DNA from: Oligoflexales bacterium
GTDB lineage: Bacteria; Bdellovibrionota_B; Oligoflexia; Oligoflexales; Bog-1112
Reading direction: 5' to 3'
DNA: 39,226 nucleotides
Assembly: GCA_017985985.1 (NCBI GenBank)
Contig: JAGNWK010000019.1
Coordinates: forward strand, 1 to 39,226
Part shown: in pieces, positions 1 through 9,499 of the stretch
How positions within the stretch are numbered: the stretch's first letter is position 1
How the letters are laid out: every line of letters begins with the position of its first letter
Notes under the pieces: generated by a model
What the model saw: only the letters and a program-made list of their open reading frames with translations
Told to the model about the DNA's origin: nothing
Databases searched by the model: none
Position numbers and translations under genes: made by a program

Positions 1-1
1 C

Positions 2-805
2 ATCATAGGTACTTACCAAAGCACACTGACTAATTTTGGATATCTTCCAGAAGCCTGGGCAGACAACTGCAAAACAGAAAGACTCTTGGGAGTGTCCCTC
101 ACAGGTCAAATGGATTGCATAGCTGTAAGCCAGAGAGAAGTTCTAAACGAACTTAAGGAAGAGGCTCTCGTCACAAACAAAGAATACGCTAAAAAATTTG
201 AAATCAATCCCTCTACATGCATCACTTGTGTAAAACCATCTGGAAATGTAAGCCAGATGGTAGGCTGTTCAAGCGGCCTGCATGGGGCCTTTGCTGATTA
301 TTATATCCGGAGAATACGGATTGCCTATAACGATCCTTTGCTAAAGCTTGCAAAAGATCAAGATGTTCCGATGTTTCCCGAAGTTGGGCAATCTGTTGAA
401 AATGCAACGACTTGGGTTTTAGAATTTCCACAAAAGGCCCCAGAAACTTCCATATTACAAAGCAAGATGAGCGCTATAGAGCAGCTCGAGTATTGGAAAA
501 AAGTAAAACTTAGCTTTACCGAGCACAATCCAAGCGTCACCATTTATGTCAAAGATAATGAATGGGTCCGCGTAGCTGATTGGGTTTACCGAAATTGGGA
601 AATCATTGGAGGGCTTAGTTTTCTTCCTGCCTCGGATCATGTTTACCAGCTAGCACCCTATGAAAAAATATCTAAAGAGGAGTACGAGAAGCGCTTAAGT
701 GCATTATCGAACTTAGACCTCTCGCTGCTGTCGGAATATGAAATGTTTGACAACACGCAGCCGCAGGCAGAGTTGGCCTGCACTAGTGGTACTTGTGAAC
801 TATAA
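2..805 (+). CDS. nrdJ: Ribonucleotide reductase, class II (adenosylcobalamin-dependent), C-terminal portion; 5'-partial, continues upstream of the window
   Basis: The frame is open from position 2 (IIGTYQSTLTNFGYLPEAWADNCKTERLLGVSL...) with no upstream stop. 'TCVKPSGNVSQ' and the C-terminal Cys pairs (..CTSGTCEL) resemble the NrdJ C-terminus. The first in-frame Met, at 86, is not the true start. Confidence 0.7.
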   Translation: MIGTYQSTLTNFGYLPEAWADNCKTERLLGVSLTGQMDCIAVSQREVLNELKEEALVTNKEYAKKFEINPSTCITCVKPSGNVSQMVGCSSGLHGAFADYYIRRIRIAYNDPLLKLAKDQDVPMFPEVGQSVENATTWVLEFPQKAPETSILQSKMSAIEQLEYWKKVKLSFTEHNPSVTIYVKDNEWVRVADWVYRNWEIIGGLSFLPASDHVYQLAPYEKISKEEYEKRLSALSNLDLSLLSEYEMFDNTQPQAELACTSGTCEL

Positions 806-909
806 ATATTTCCAAATATGATAATTTTGTACCAATAAGGGTCACAAGGCAAACATGATATCATCATCTAGTCGGGGATCGGCATCTCAAAAAGATAGAG
901 GTTTATTCT

Positions 910-2235
910 ATGTTAGTTTTTGGGCTTGAATTTATCATATTGTTTGCTGCCATCTTGCTTGGGATTAGAAAAGGAGGGATGGCGTTAGGACTCATTGGGG
1001 GGCTTGGACTTGCTGTTTTTACATTTTGTTTTCGCGAAGTTCCATCCACACCTCCTATTGACGTCATGCTGATCATCCTTGCTGTAGTGAGTGCTTCAGC
1101 AACTTTACAAGTTGCTGGAGGTCTCGAATTTTTGGTACAAATCACAGAGCGAATCTTACGGACGCACCCTCAATATGTAACGATCCTAGCTCCTCTTTCA
1201 ACTTTTTTTCTTACCGTTTGCATGGGGACCGGTCATGCTGTTTATACGCTACTTCCAGTCATTGCAGATGTAGCTCTTAGGGCGGGGGTAAGACCGGAAA
1301 GACCTATGGCTATTTCAAGTGTTGCAGCACAAATGGGGATCACAGCTAGCCCGGTTGCAGCAGCTGTCACCACTTTTCTTGCTTTTGCAGCAAAGTCAGG
1401 TTTCGTCTTAACTCCATTTGACATCCTCAAGGTTACTTTCCCTGCGGGACTCATAGGAGTACTAGCAGCAGCGATCTGGAGTTTTCATCGAGGAAAAGAT
1501 CTCGATAAAGACGAAGAATTTCAAGAAAAACTAAAAGACCCTGAATTTAAAGAGTCTCTGCAGACAAGTGTGACAACCCTGGACCAAAACATTTCTTTTT
1601 CTGCAAAAATTTCGTTGTTGTTATTTTTCATAGGTGTTTTGACCATTATCATGCTTGGCCTATTCCCCCAATTCCTACCTCTAGCGAATGGCAAGACCCT
1701 CCCCATGACAACGGTTGTCCAAATCGTTATGTTAACTATCGGATCCTTTATCCTTTTTGCAAGTGGAGTCAAAGCCAAGGATATTGCGAATTCGAGTATT
1801 TTCAACGCTGGAATGGTTGCTCTCGTTTCCATTTTTGGTATTGCTTGGATGAGTGATACTTTTGTTAATGCTAATAAGGACTTTCTGATAGAAAAAATTG
1901 GTGAGATGGTTAAATTTGCCCCTTGGTCTTTTGGTATTGCTATGTTCTGCGTATCGGCTTTTGTTAAAAGTCAAGCAGCCACTCTTATCATCATGTTGCC
2001 TTTTGGGTTAGCTCTAGGTCTTCCCCTCTCCCTTCTCTTGGGTCTTTTACCTGCTAGTTACGCATACTTCTTTTTTGCTTTTTACCCAAGCGACCTCGCC
2101 GCGATTAACATGGATCGCACGGGCACAACCAAAATAGGAAGCTATCTCCTCAACCATAGCTTTATGGTCCCTGGACTCATCGGTGTAGGGGTGTCGACAA
2201 CAGTCGCTTATTTCATAGCAAAAGCACTTTACTAG
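910..2235 (+). CDS. dcuA: Anaerobic C4-dicarboxylate transporter, DcuA/DcuB family
   Basis: 441 aa polytopic membrane protein. The N-terminus MLVFGLEFIILFAAILLGIRKGGMALGLIGGLGLAV and the internal 'LQVAGGLEFLVQITERILRTHPQYVTILAPL' are collinear with E. coli DcuA. An ATG start is preceded by AGAGG. Confidence 0.8.
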   Translation: MLVFGLEFIILFAAILLGIRKGGMALGLIGGLGLAVFTFCFREVPSTPPIDVMLIILAVVSASATLQVAGGLEFLVQITERILRTHPQYVTILAPLSTFFLTVCMGTGHAVYTLLPVIADVALRAGVRPERPMAISSVAAQMGITASPVAAAVTTFLAFAAKSGFVLTPFDILKVTFPAGLIGVLAAAIWSFHRGKDLDKDEEFQEKLKDPEFKESLQTSVTTLDQNISFSAKISLLLFFIGVLTIIMLGLFPQFLPLANGKTLPMTTVVQIVMLTIGSFILFASGVKAKDIANSSIFNAGMVALVSIFGIAWMSDTFVNANKDFLIEKIGEMVKFAPWSFGIAMFCVSAFVKSQAATLIIMLPFGLALGLPLSLLLGLLPASYAYFFFAFYPSDLAAINMDRTGTTKIGSYLLNHSFMVPGLIGVGVSTTVAYFIAKALY

Positions 2236-2488
2236 ACGGAGCACCATCCGTATCTCATCCGATAACGAGGGGCTGGAAAAAGCTGAGCCAGACGATGAGG
2301 AACATACAGCAATGACGCTTGTCTTTAGCCTCCAAAACATGTATCTAAAGCACCGAGAAAAAGGTAACCAACCATCTCAAAGTCATATAGCAAGCACTTA
2401 AGGACTGAGCAACGTAGCGACGGATATAGGCAGCTAGAGGATTTGTGAGATAGTCCCTCATATAAAAAAAGACACTTAGGAGAAGAGT

Positions 2489-2938
2489 ATGGCAAAGAAA
2501 CTTTTACTTTTTATTATATTAGCAATGACTTCATCACTTTCCTATGCTGGTATTTTGTTACCAACTTTTTATGCAGACCCTACGACACGTATACGCTATG
2601 GAGAGCAACACTACCACTCGGATGATCCATCAGGAATTTTATGGCAACTGCGCTATTGGTCGCACAACCAACTGCACCCTTCAGCGCTTTCCCAAGCCTT
2701 AAATGATATTCTTTCTAATAGGGGTAAATTTTCTGGCACTGTGAACTTAGGGGCTCTTAAATATAATCTCTATCACTCATCCGCTGGCAAAGACGAAAAA
2801 ACAGCTACACTTTTCTTTATCCTGGAGCAGGAATTTACTCGTATCATTGGCATAGCTAGGCATGTCCAAGTTCAACCTCGTCAACCGCCAAAATATGAAA
2901 TAGTAGCTTGGGATGATCGATATCCCGTATATTATTAG
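2489..2938 (+). CDS. Hypothetical secreted protein
   Basis: 149 aa ORF with an N-terminal signal peptide (MAKKLLLFIILAMTSSLSYA). No recognisable domain. Confidence 0.5.
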   Translation: MAKKLLLFIILAMTSSLSYAGILLPTFYADPTTRIRYGEQHYHSDDPSGILWQLRYWSHNQLHPSALSQALNDILSNRGKFSGTVNLGALKYNLYHSSAGKDEKTATLFFILEQEFTRIIGIARHVQVQPRQPPKYEIVAWDDRYPVYY

Positions 2939-2973
2939 CCAATACCAGCTGTATAGAAATTACGCAAGCTAAC

Positions 2974-3351
2974 CTACTTTTCCTTTGGAGCTGTACTTAT
3001 CCTACAGATCGAGTAAATCGGACAAGATCCCACCAGGCCTGTCACAACAAAGATAGAACCTAAAAGAAACCAGTAGTTGCTTGGTCCCCAAAACGCCATA
3101 CTGGAAAGAAAAAGTCCCCCTAAAACTCTCACAACTCGATCTACTATGTGCACATTCTTTTTCATAAAAAACTCCCGAAATATCAATTTATTAAAATCTG
3201 AAAAAAATAGAAATTTCTTCCTGCTGGGAGGTTCACAAATACATCGATCTTCTTTTTTAATCTGGCTCATAACTTGATCGATGTGAGCGCCACAACCTTG
3301 CCAAGTTGTCTTGCCACAAGATCTGCACTTCACAGGACGGCACATACTCAC
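2974..3351 (-). CDS. DUF2892 (YgaP-like) small membrane protein, possibly with an N-terminal Cys-rich extension; start uncertain
   Basis: The C-terminal 55 aa (VDRVVRVLGGLFLSS..W..LLGSIFVVTGLVGSCPIYSICRI) fit the DUF2892 pattern (DR..R...G......W....G....TG..G.CP.Y). The N-terminal 50 aa has CxxC...C..C..CxC. The real start may be the internal Met (MKKNVHIV). Confidence 0.4.
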   Translation of the reverse strand: MSMCRPVKCRSCGKTTWQGCGAHIDQVMSQIKKEDRCICEPPSRKKFLFFSDFNKLIFREFFMKKNVHIVDRVVRVLGGLFLSSMAFWGPSNYWFLLGSIFVVTGLVGSCPIYSICRISTAPKEK

Positions 3352-3405
3352 TCCAATTATACTAAGAAACTATCCCACAAGTCATCTAGCACTCTTTTCG
3401 TCAGT

Positions 3406-4386
3406 CTAGAACTTTATATTCCAAATAAGTTGCACCTTGCCCTTATGAAATGCTTTGTCAAACTGCTCAGATTTAAAGTCTTCTGTGATAAGGCTACTTG
3501 AAATAAAGGCTATGCCTGCAGTCTGACCTTTTGTATAGGCCCAGTCTAATTCTGGTTCGATAGATAAATTAGCTCGCCATGTGTCGTCAAGTTTTGCTGC
3601 CGTATCAAACTTACTAAATTTAGTCATTTGAAGAATCATTGGAAATTCAAATTCTAACTCGCTAGGAAGTTTGAAATTCAATTTAGAGACAAGCTGAGTT
3701 TCAAATGTCTCTCTTGCAAACTTTTTATCGTTAAAAGTGTAACCACTATTTCGAGCAAAAAAGACTGCTGGCACAACTGAAAAAACACCCTTGACACTTT
3801 CTGAGAACATGGTTTCGAGAGTCAGATAGGTCCTTAAAGTCATAATCATACCTTGCTCATAGCGAGAGTAACTCGATTCCGTAGCTGAGTTTGTTGGTAG
3901 GTAAGAACGAACTTGAAGAGAAAGCTTCGACTTCTCATCTGTACTTTTCCAAAGTTCACTAAATTTTGCTTTTACATATCCATCATAAAGCCTTACATAA
4001 GGGACTTTAAATACACTTTTTTTCGTTTTGGGTTGATACAAGTTTGTAGAAAAAGTCTGGACATAAGAAACTTTAGTCCTGTTATAGAGTTGCAGGCCAT
4101 ATTCAACGCTGTTTTCCGTATGGGCTTCGCCAACGTCATAGCTAAATGTAGGGCGAGACTCCAAAGAGATAAATTTTTCTATTGTCCTTGTATTTAACTT
4201 GTCATCAGGACTAGAGTCATTATCGATATGGCGAGCCGTGCTCTTTTGCCGGTGTATTCTTGTAGCATCTGCATAAGCAAGATAAGGTGAGGTCATGAAA
4301 AAGGTCAAAAAACATGACAACAAAGAGACTATATCTAATTTTTTTTTCCAAACTAACGACAGCATAGATGACCCTTTGTATGGCAT
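3406..4386 (-). CDS. Hypothetical secreted or outer-membrane protein (possible beta-barrel)
   Basis: 326 aa with a signal peptide (MLSLVWKKKLDIVSLLSCFLTFF..AYA). It has alternating hydrophobic stretches and ends in ..VQLIWNIKF, the C-terminal Phe signature of OM beta-barrels. An alternative start is at 4365. Confidence 0.5.
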   Translation of the reverse strand: MPYKGSSMLSLVWKKKLDIVSLLSCFLTFFMTSPYLAYADATRIHRQKSTARHIDNDSSPDDKLNTRTIEKFISLESRPTFSYDVGEAHTENSVEYGLQLYNRTKVSYVQTFSTNLYQPKTKKSVFKVPYVRLYDGYVKAKFSELWKSTDEKSKLSLQVRSYLPTNSATESSYSRYEQGMIMTLRTYLTLETMFSESVKGVFSVVPAVFFARNSGYTFNDKKFARETFETQLVSKLNFKLPSELEFEFPMILQMTKFSKFDTAAKLDDTWRANLSIEPELDWAYTKGQTAGIAFISSSLITEDFKSEQFDKAFHKGKVQLIWNIKF

Positions 4387-4523
4387 GTTTTAAAAGGAGC
4401 TTATTATATGATAGCAAACTAAGGAGACTATTGGACAGTTTATAAGAGCCCGCGGGTTTTTTAAGATGAATTGACTGTCCTATTTTTAGGGATTTTTTTT
4501 GCCCTGATGTTAGGCGATCAGGG

Positions 4524-4678
4524 CAATGTCATTTGGTTAAGGTGGAATTCCTCACCTGCCTGTCTTGTTTTAACTCGATACCTCTCGACTTCGCTCGAGG
4601 TGACAGCGTTTTAACTGGTAGGGACGACGTCACCCCGAGCGAAGTCGAGGGGTATCGGAGCTTAACCGAATGACATTG
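4524..4678. mobile_element. MITE-like nested palindromic element (family 2), flanked by an 8-bp direct repeat GCGATCAG
   Basis: The outer inverted repeat is caatgtcattYggttaag. The inner inverted repeat is ctcgataccYctcgacttcgctcgRggtgac with a ~35 bp spacer. The element is immediately flanked by ggcgatcagg on both sides, which looks like a target-site duplication. Confidence 0.6.
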
Positions 4679-5323
4679 GCGATCAGTGGAGCTCATACGT
4701 AACCATCAATTACAATCTATAAATAGAGAAATAAAATGCGTGGAAAAAGTATTTTAAGTCTTTTTCTCCTATTTATTAGCCCTAACGCCTTCTCCAATAA
4801 AACAGTACAAAGACATCCGTCTTTAGCCCACGCTCCTTCCGCAACTCCGTAGATTGCACCAAGAAAGAGCTCAGAACGAATTGTTTTTATCCGTGACAGA
4901 AGAGATCGCTCTATTAGTTTACCACATCTACTCGCTGCGCTAGTTCAAAATGGCCAAATCATCTCTACAAGCGAACTATCGACTGTATATTTACTAAGTC
5001 AAGCACAGGTCCGACTCTATTTGCCACATTTTAGGTCTGAATTAGCCAGTCGTTTCTGAGATTGCCACAACTGCCATTCTTACCTCACCCAACCTTTACT
5101 ACTTTACCTGATTTGCCCCCAAAATAGCACCCTTGTGGGATTGGAGCTTAATTCCATTTCTATAAAACTTTATGCGAGAGACAAAATTATGCGGGAGACA
5201 AAACAATGACCATATCTTATGTCAAGGCAAGATTTCTAAAGCAACAGAAGCACTTTTTAAGATCTGTTGCTGTTAAAATCGACAATGGCATGAACTATTT
5301 AGCTAAGCGATCATTACCAATGA

Positions 5324-6961
5324 TTAGAGCTCATCACTGTGATCTACGCGTGAAGGAGTGGCATAGTCCTCTGGATTGATTTCTTGTTTCTTTCGTAAGA
5401 AGTTCTCCACAATATTTGTGTCAATGAAATCTGTTCTCACAAAACTTGAGAAATTAGAGGCGTCTACAGAGTTATCTTTGCCAGACATGAGATAACAAGA
5501 CGAAACAACTTGGATATCCTCTTCTCTCATGATTTTGAAATCGCTGACCAGAGCCCTTGTCCCTTTGCTGTCCGTTACGGTCAACATCATAATAGATCCA
5601 TTTAGAAGACGAAATTTTATCCCAAAAAAATGAACGTCGTCTTCTGAGTTTTGCCGTAGAAGGGTTTCTATAAATTTTACAAAATCAGATGTGCTCAACT
5701 CAACTTTACACATTCGATTGTGAAACGGCATCAATTTCTCTAGTGTCGAATATGTAAGATCCCCTGGCACGAGGTCGATACGCAAGGCCCCGGTTTTTAC
5801 AAAGCAGACTTTGCCAGACGCTTCCTCGCAAAAAGCCTGACTCACGAGGCGACCAAGATTCGTCTCACCACGAGGAGCTGAAGAGCGTCCCCAAAAAAAT
5901 CCTTTACTTCTAGTAATCCTTTTCGTGAAACGATCCTTAATTCTTTCGTTATATTGTTCAAATAAGTGAAGCAACTCTGGATCTTCCGGAACGATCTTTT
6001 TTTGCTGACCAGAGTGAGAGACCTGCAACAGTTGGACTTTTGTATCCAGGTCTGAGTCTTCTTCTGGATTAATGGGGATAAGTTTATAATCCAGACTGAT
6101 AAATTTTTTATTCTTAAAGATGAGATCAACACGACCAAGAACTTTTCCATGCTCCCAAGCTTGTAAAATTGCAGTGCTTGCGACAATGTAAGCTCGGTCA
6201 AGACGTGTATGGGTATGACCACCAATGATCACATCAATTTGACCGTGCATGCTTTTCGCAAGCTCAATATCTCCAAAACCATGAAGACCGTCTTCGTTAT
6301 TAAGATAGAACCCTAAATGAGTAAGGGCTATGATAAAATCAACTTGCTTTCGCAACTGGGGCACCAATTCCTCAGCAGTCAAGAAGACATCACGAAATTC
6401 AATATTTGGGATCAAGGTCATATTTCCAGTTTGTGTCGTTGTAAAACCTATGACTCCAATATGAAGGCCACCAAACCTTTTAATGATATAAGGCTTAACT
6501 AATAGTTTTTTTTCCTTCTTGAGATATGTATTAGCCGATAGGAATGGAAATTTGGCTAAAGCTTGTTGCTTAAAAATTTTATCCAAATCTCCATCGAACT
6601 CATGATTACCCAAGGTCATCGCATCATAACCTATTATATTCATGGATATAATATCTGGCTCTGCTCGAAAAAAACCAGACTCGGGTGCGCCTGTATTGAT
6701 ATCACCTGCGGAAAGAATAAGTAAATGGCCTCCCTCACGAGCGACCTCCTTACGAATTTCATCAACTAAACTTTTTTGAGCTGCAAAACCACAAGCACGA
6801 CTTCTTTGGTCTTTCTGATAATGACCATGAGTATCGTTGGTATGCAATATTGTAATACGCACGACACTATCAACTGCTGTTTGTATCGGATCAGCAGCAT
6901 AAATTACGACATCATGAAAACAGGTCATAAAGATAATGATTTTTAAAATACGACACAGCAT
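5324..6961 (-). CDS. Bifunctional metallophosphatase/5'-nucleotidase (UshA-like), secreted
   Basis: The metallophosphoesterase motifs are present (ILHTNDTHGH; GNHEFD; GGHTHT). A signal peptide follows an ATG at 6961; the ORF-track start at 6970 is GTG. Confidence 0.75.
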   Translation of the reverse strand: MLCRILKIIIFMTCFHDVVIYAADPIQTAVDSVVRITILHTNDTHGHYQKDQRSRACGFAAQKSLVDEIRKEVAREGGHLLILSAGDINTGAPESGFFRAEPDIISMNIIGYDAMTLGNHEFDGDLDKIFKQQALAKFPFLSANTYLKKEKKLLVKPYIIKRFGGLHIGVIGFTTTQTGNMTLIPNIEFRDVFLTAEELVPQLRKQVDFIIALTHLGFYLNNEDGLHGFGDIELAKSMHGQIDVIIGGHTHTRLDRAYIVASTAILQAWEHGKVLGRVDLIFKNKKFISLDYKLIPINPEEDSDLDTKVQLLQVSHSGQQKKIVPEDPELLHLFEQYNERIKDRFTKRITRSKGFFWGRSSAPRGETNLGRLVSQAFCEEASGKVCFVKTGALRIDLVPGDLTYSTLEKLMPFHNRMCKVELSTSDFVKFIETLLRQNSEDDVHFFGIKFRLLNGSIMMLTVTDSKGTRALVSDFKIMREEDIQVVSSCYLMSGKDNSVDASNFSSFVRTDFIDTNIVENFLRKKQEINPEDYATPSRVDHSDEL

Positions 6962-7193
6962 ATCAACCACCTATCAAACAGAAGATTGAAACAGCTACAA
7001 TCAAAGTAGTTGCAGTCTATCATCGATAGGTTCTATGGTCCAGGCAGTTCGCCCAAGATCTGAGCAAACTCAAAGAAAAAAAGTCCTGGGAAAATTTTAA
7101 GGAACCATCAGCGCTCAATTACTTTAATGTGTATTTAGCTAAAGATTGTTTTAAAATCTGTGGGAAGCAGGTCCCGGTAAACGATAAGAAGAT

Positions 7194-8018
7194 GTGAGCT
7201 ACGCTCACTGGAGGAGGCTGAGAGGACAAAGAACTCGGATAGACCTGCAGAAGATCATATGCTTTTTTTTCAAGAGACCTGCTATACAAACAAGCAAAAT
7301 ACAGAGTTGGGAAGACATCAAAGGTTTTGATGACGTTTGGACTTACAACCTGCAACCGAAAAATTTCTTCCCAATGCGGACGGTAGCTATCCGTACAGAC
7401 GATGGAGGGCTCATCGTCTACAATCCCGTAAGAAATCTGGGGCAAGACATTCATTCTGAGCTAGCGAAGATTGGTGATGTCCGCTGGGTGATTTCACCCA
7501 ACCATTACCACACTCTTGCTGCCGATGGGTGGCAACAGCTCTACCCCAAAGCCAAATTTTTTGCACACCTACAGGCTCATCCCCGTCTGAAAAAACAGAC
7601 CAAAGTTTCTTGGCTGGATATCGTTGATTTGATTCCCATTTTACCAAAAGGAGTGACTCTAAAAAAGCCAAGAGGCTTAAAAACAGGTGAAATCGGACTT
7701 TGTCTGGAGCGTCCAGATATAAAGATGTGGATATTTGGTGATCTATTCTTCAACATTCCTAAACTTCCTCCCGGACTTTTTGGCTTCATTCTCCGACTGG
7801 GGGGCACAGCTCCTGGACTCCATTCTTCCAGAGTCTTTCGTCTGATTGCTGTCTCTGATCGGCAGGACTTCCTCCAATGGCTGCAAGAAAACCTAGCCCA
7901 AGATCGCCCACAGTGCTTCGTTCCCACTCACGGTGAAATTCTCTTTCACCCAGCTCTGTCTCAACGACTTTATGACGTTGCTTCCGCTAATCTAAAAAGA
8001 AAGAAAAATATAAGCTAG
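7194..8018 (+). CDS. Hypothetical protein, possibly MBL-fold/DUF4336-like; start uncertain (alternative ATG at 7374)
   Basis: 274 aa ORF. The motifs ..VRWVISPNHYHTLAADGW.. and ..CFVPTHGEI.. are reminiscent of DUF4336 MBL-fold proteins. The overlapping minus-strand ORF 7119..7454 is judged spurious. Confidence 0.4.
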   Translation: MSYAHWRRLRGQRTRIDLQKIICFFFKRPAIQTSKIQSWEDIKGFDDVWTYNLQPKNFFPMRTVAIRTDDGGLIVYNPVRNLGQDIHSELAKIGDVRWVISPNHYHTLAADGWQQLYPKAKFFAHLQAHPRLKKQTKVSWLDIVDLIPILPKGVTLKKPRGLKTGEIGLCLERPDIKMWIFGDLFFNIPKLPPGLFGFILRLGGTAPGLHSSRVFRLIAVSDRQDFLQWLQENLAQDRPQCFVPTHGEILFHPALSQRLYDVASANLKRKKNIS

Positions 8019-8039
8019 CTTTCTACGATCAAATCCATT

Positions 8040-8381
8040 CTATTTTCTATGTTTCTTTTCTAGGAGTGAATTTATTTTTTTCGAAAAATCATCGAGACTA
8101 AATGGCTTTGCCAGAATTAAATCATTATAAATTTTCGAATCAAAAATTTGCCCTGTTATTCTCATAACGGGTTTACCAGAATCTTGAAGAAATCTTTCTA
8201 AGCGATCAGAGTCTGGCATCTGAACATCAGAAATAATAAAATCACACTCTTTCACATACATCTCTGCCTCTGACAATCTTTTTGCTTTAAAAACTATCAG
8301 ACTTAATCCTAAAGCCTCAACCTGATCTGAGATCAAATCTAAAATATCAGTTTCATCATCAATAATTAGCAATTTTTCCAC
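8040..8381 (-). CDS. Single-domain response regulator (CheY-like receiver)
   Basis: 113 aa (MEKLLIIDDETDILDLISDQVEALGL...DFIISDVQMPDSD) with an acidic pocket and a phospho-acceptor Asp context. GTG start. No output domain. Confidence 0.6.
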   Translation of the reverse strand: MEKLLIIDDETDILDLISDQVEALGLSLIVFKAKRLSEAEMYVKECDFIISDVQMPDSDRLERFLQDSGKPVMRITGQIFDSKIYNDLILAKPFSLDDFSKKINSLLEKKHRK

Positions 8382-8410
8382 ATTTTATCCTATTAAAAAT
8401 CTATTTCTGT

Positions 8411-8468
8411 TTTATAATTCTCGGCCGAAATCCTCAAAGGGGAGGATTTCGGCCGAGAATTATAAAAC
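8411..8468. terminator. Perfect 28-bp-arm inverted repeat (hairpin) between hemH and the receiver gene
   Basis: tgttttataattctcggccgaaatcctc / loop aaagg / gaggatttcggccgagaattataaaaca. The palindrome is perfect but no clear U-tract follows on either strand. It may be a terminator or attenuator for hemH, or a protein-binding site. Confidence 0.4.
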
Positions 8469-8473
8469 AGGCC

Positions 8474-9466
8474 TTACCAAGCAGCCTCTTGAATTTTCTG
8501 AGAACAGAACTCAACCCAAGAATCACTCATATTCAAACAGGGGATGAGGTGCAAATCTTCGCCTCCCAATTCAATCCAGTCTTCTCTGCCACGCATACCT
8601 ATTTCTTCGAGGGTTTCGAGACAGTCTGTAACAAACGACGGACAGGCGACAGCCAATCTTCGGATAGACTTTTGTTTTGCTAGGTCTTTTAATACAAGAT
8701 CCGTATAAGGCTTAATCCATGGCGTCACTCCTAGTCGAGACTGGAAGGACACGGTGTAATCTCGACCTGTCAGCCCTAAAGATTCCGCCACTTTCTTGGC
8801 TGTGATAAAGCACTGCATCTGATAGCAATAAGCCTCTCCCCCAAAGCCACACGTACGAAGAAGTTGGCGTTCGGGAATACCATGAAAGCTAAACAAGAGA
8901 TGGTCCCAAGGTCTGGCCAGCTTATTTTTCTCAAAAAGAATACCTTCTTTTAAAGCCTCTATAAAACCGGGCTCTTGATAGAAAGGTGGTACCACCTGTA
9001 CAGAGGGCATATCCATGCGCTTAGACAACTCTTTGAAAACATAGGCCATCGAAGAAGCAGTCGAAGCGGAAGCGTATTGTGGGTAGAGAGGAAAGAGAAT
9101 CAATCGCGAACAGCCCCGCAACTTTTCAAGAGCAGAAGACACACTGGGCTGCCCATATCTCATAGCAAGTTCAACCTGAAAGCCAGAATTTAGTTTTTTA
9201 CCCAAACTTTCCTGGAATTTTTTGCTATAAGCAATGAGTGGGGAGCCCTCTGACTCGAGCCAAATTTTTTTATACGCCTCTGCAGACTTTTTTGGTCGAA
9301 AAGGCAAAATGAAGAGATTCAATAGCAATTGTCGAGAAATCCAAGGGATATCTACAACTCGCGGATCGGAGAGAAACTCTCTCAAGTAAGTTCGGACATC
9401 TCGGACTTCGGTACTGCGGGGGGAGCCAATGTTGATGAGCAGGACCCCTATCTTTTTATGGTTCAC
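8474..9466 (-). CDS. hemH: Ferrochelatase
   Basis: 330 aa with an N-terminus MNHKKIGVLLINIGSPRSTEVRDVRTYLREFLSDPRVVDIPW typical of HemH. GTG start. Confidence 0.85.
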   Translation of the reverse strand: MNHKKIGVLLINIGSPRSTEVRDVRTYLREFLSDPRVVDIPWISRQLLLNLFILPFRPKKSAEAYKKIWLESEGSPLIAYSKKFQESLGKKLNSGFQVELAMRYGQPSVSSALEKLRGCSRLILFPLYPQYASASTASSMAYVFKELSKRMDMPSVQVVPPFYQEPGFIEALKEGILFEKNKLARPWDHLLFSFHGIPERQLLRTCGFGGEAYCYQMQCFITAKKVAESLGLTGRDYTVSFQSRLGVTPWIKPYTDLVLKDLAKQKSIRRLAVACPSFVTDCLETLEEIGMRGREDWIELGGEDLHLIPCLNMSDSWVEFCSQKIQEAAW

Positions 9467-9499
9467 TGAACAATCCCTCTTGCTGAGAATGGAACATAT

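Noticed and set aside
4690-5323. tmRNA, RNase P or 6S RNA in the ORF-free region
   Set aside because: There is no tRNA-like 3' end (GGTTCGA..CCA), no tag-peptide reading frame ending in ..ALAA, and no RNase P conserved boxes by eye. This is left as an unexplained region rather than a called ncRNA.
5324-5350. C-terminal ...HSDEL on the 5'-nucleotidase, resembling a eukaryotic ER-retention (H/KDEL) signal
   Set aside because: A single tetrapeptide match at a C-terminus is expected by chance, and there is no supporting evidence that this enzyme is delivered into a eukaryotic cell.
7119-7454. 111-aa minus-strand ORF
   Set aside because: It overlaps the longer plus-strand ORF 7194..8018 and has no start context or motifs.
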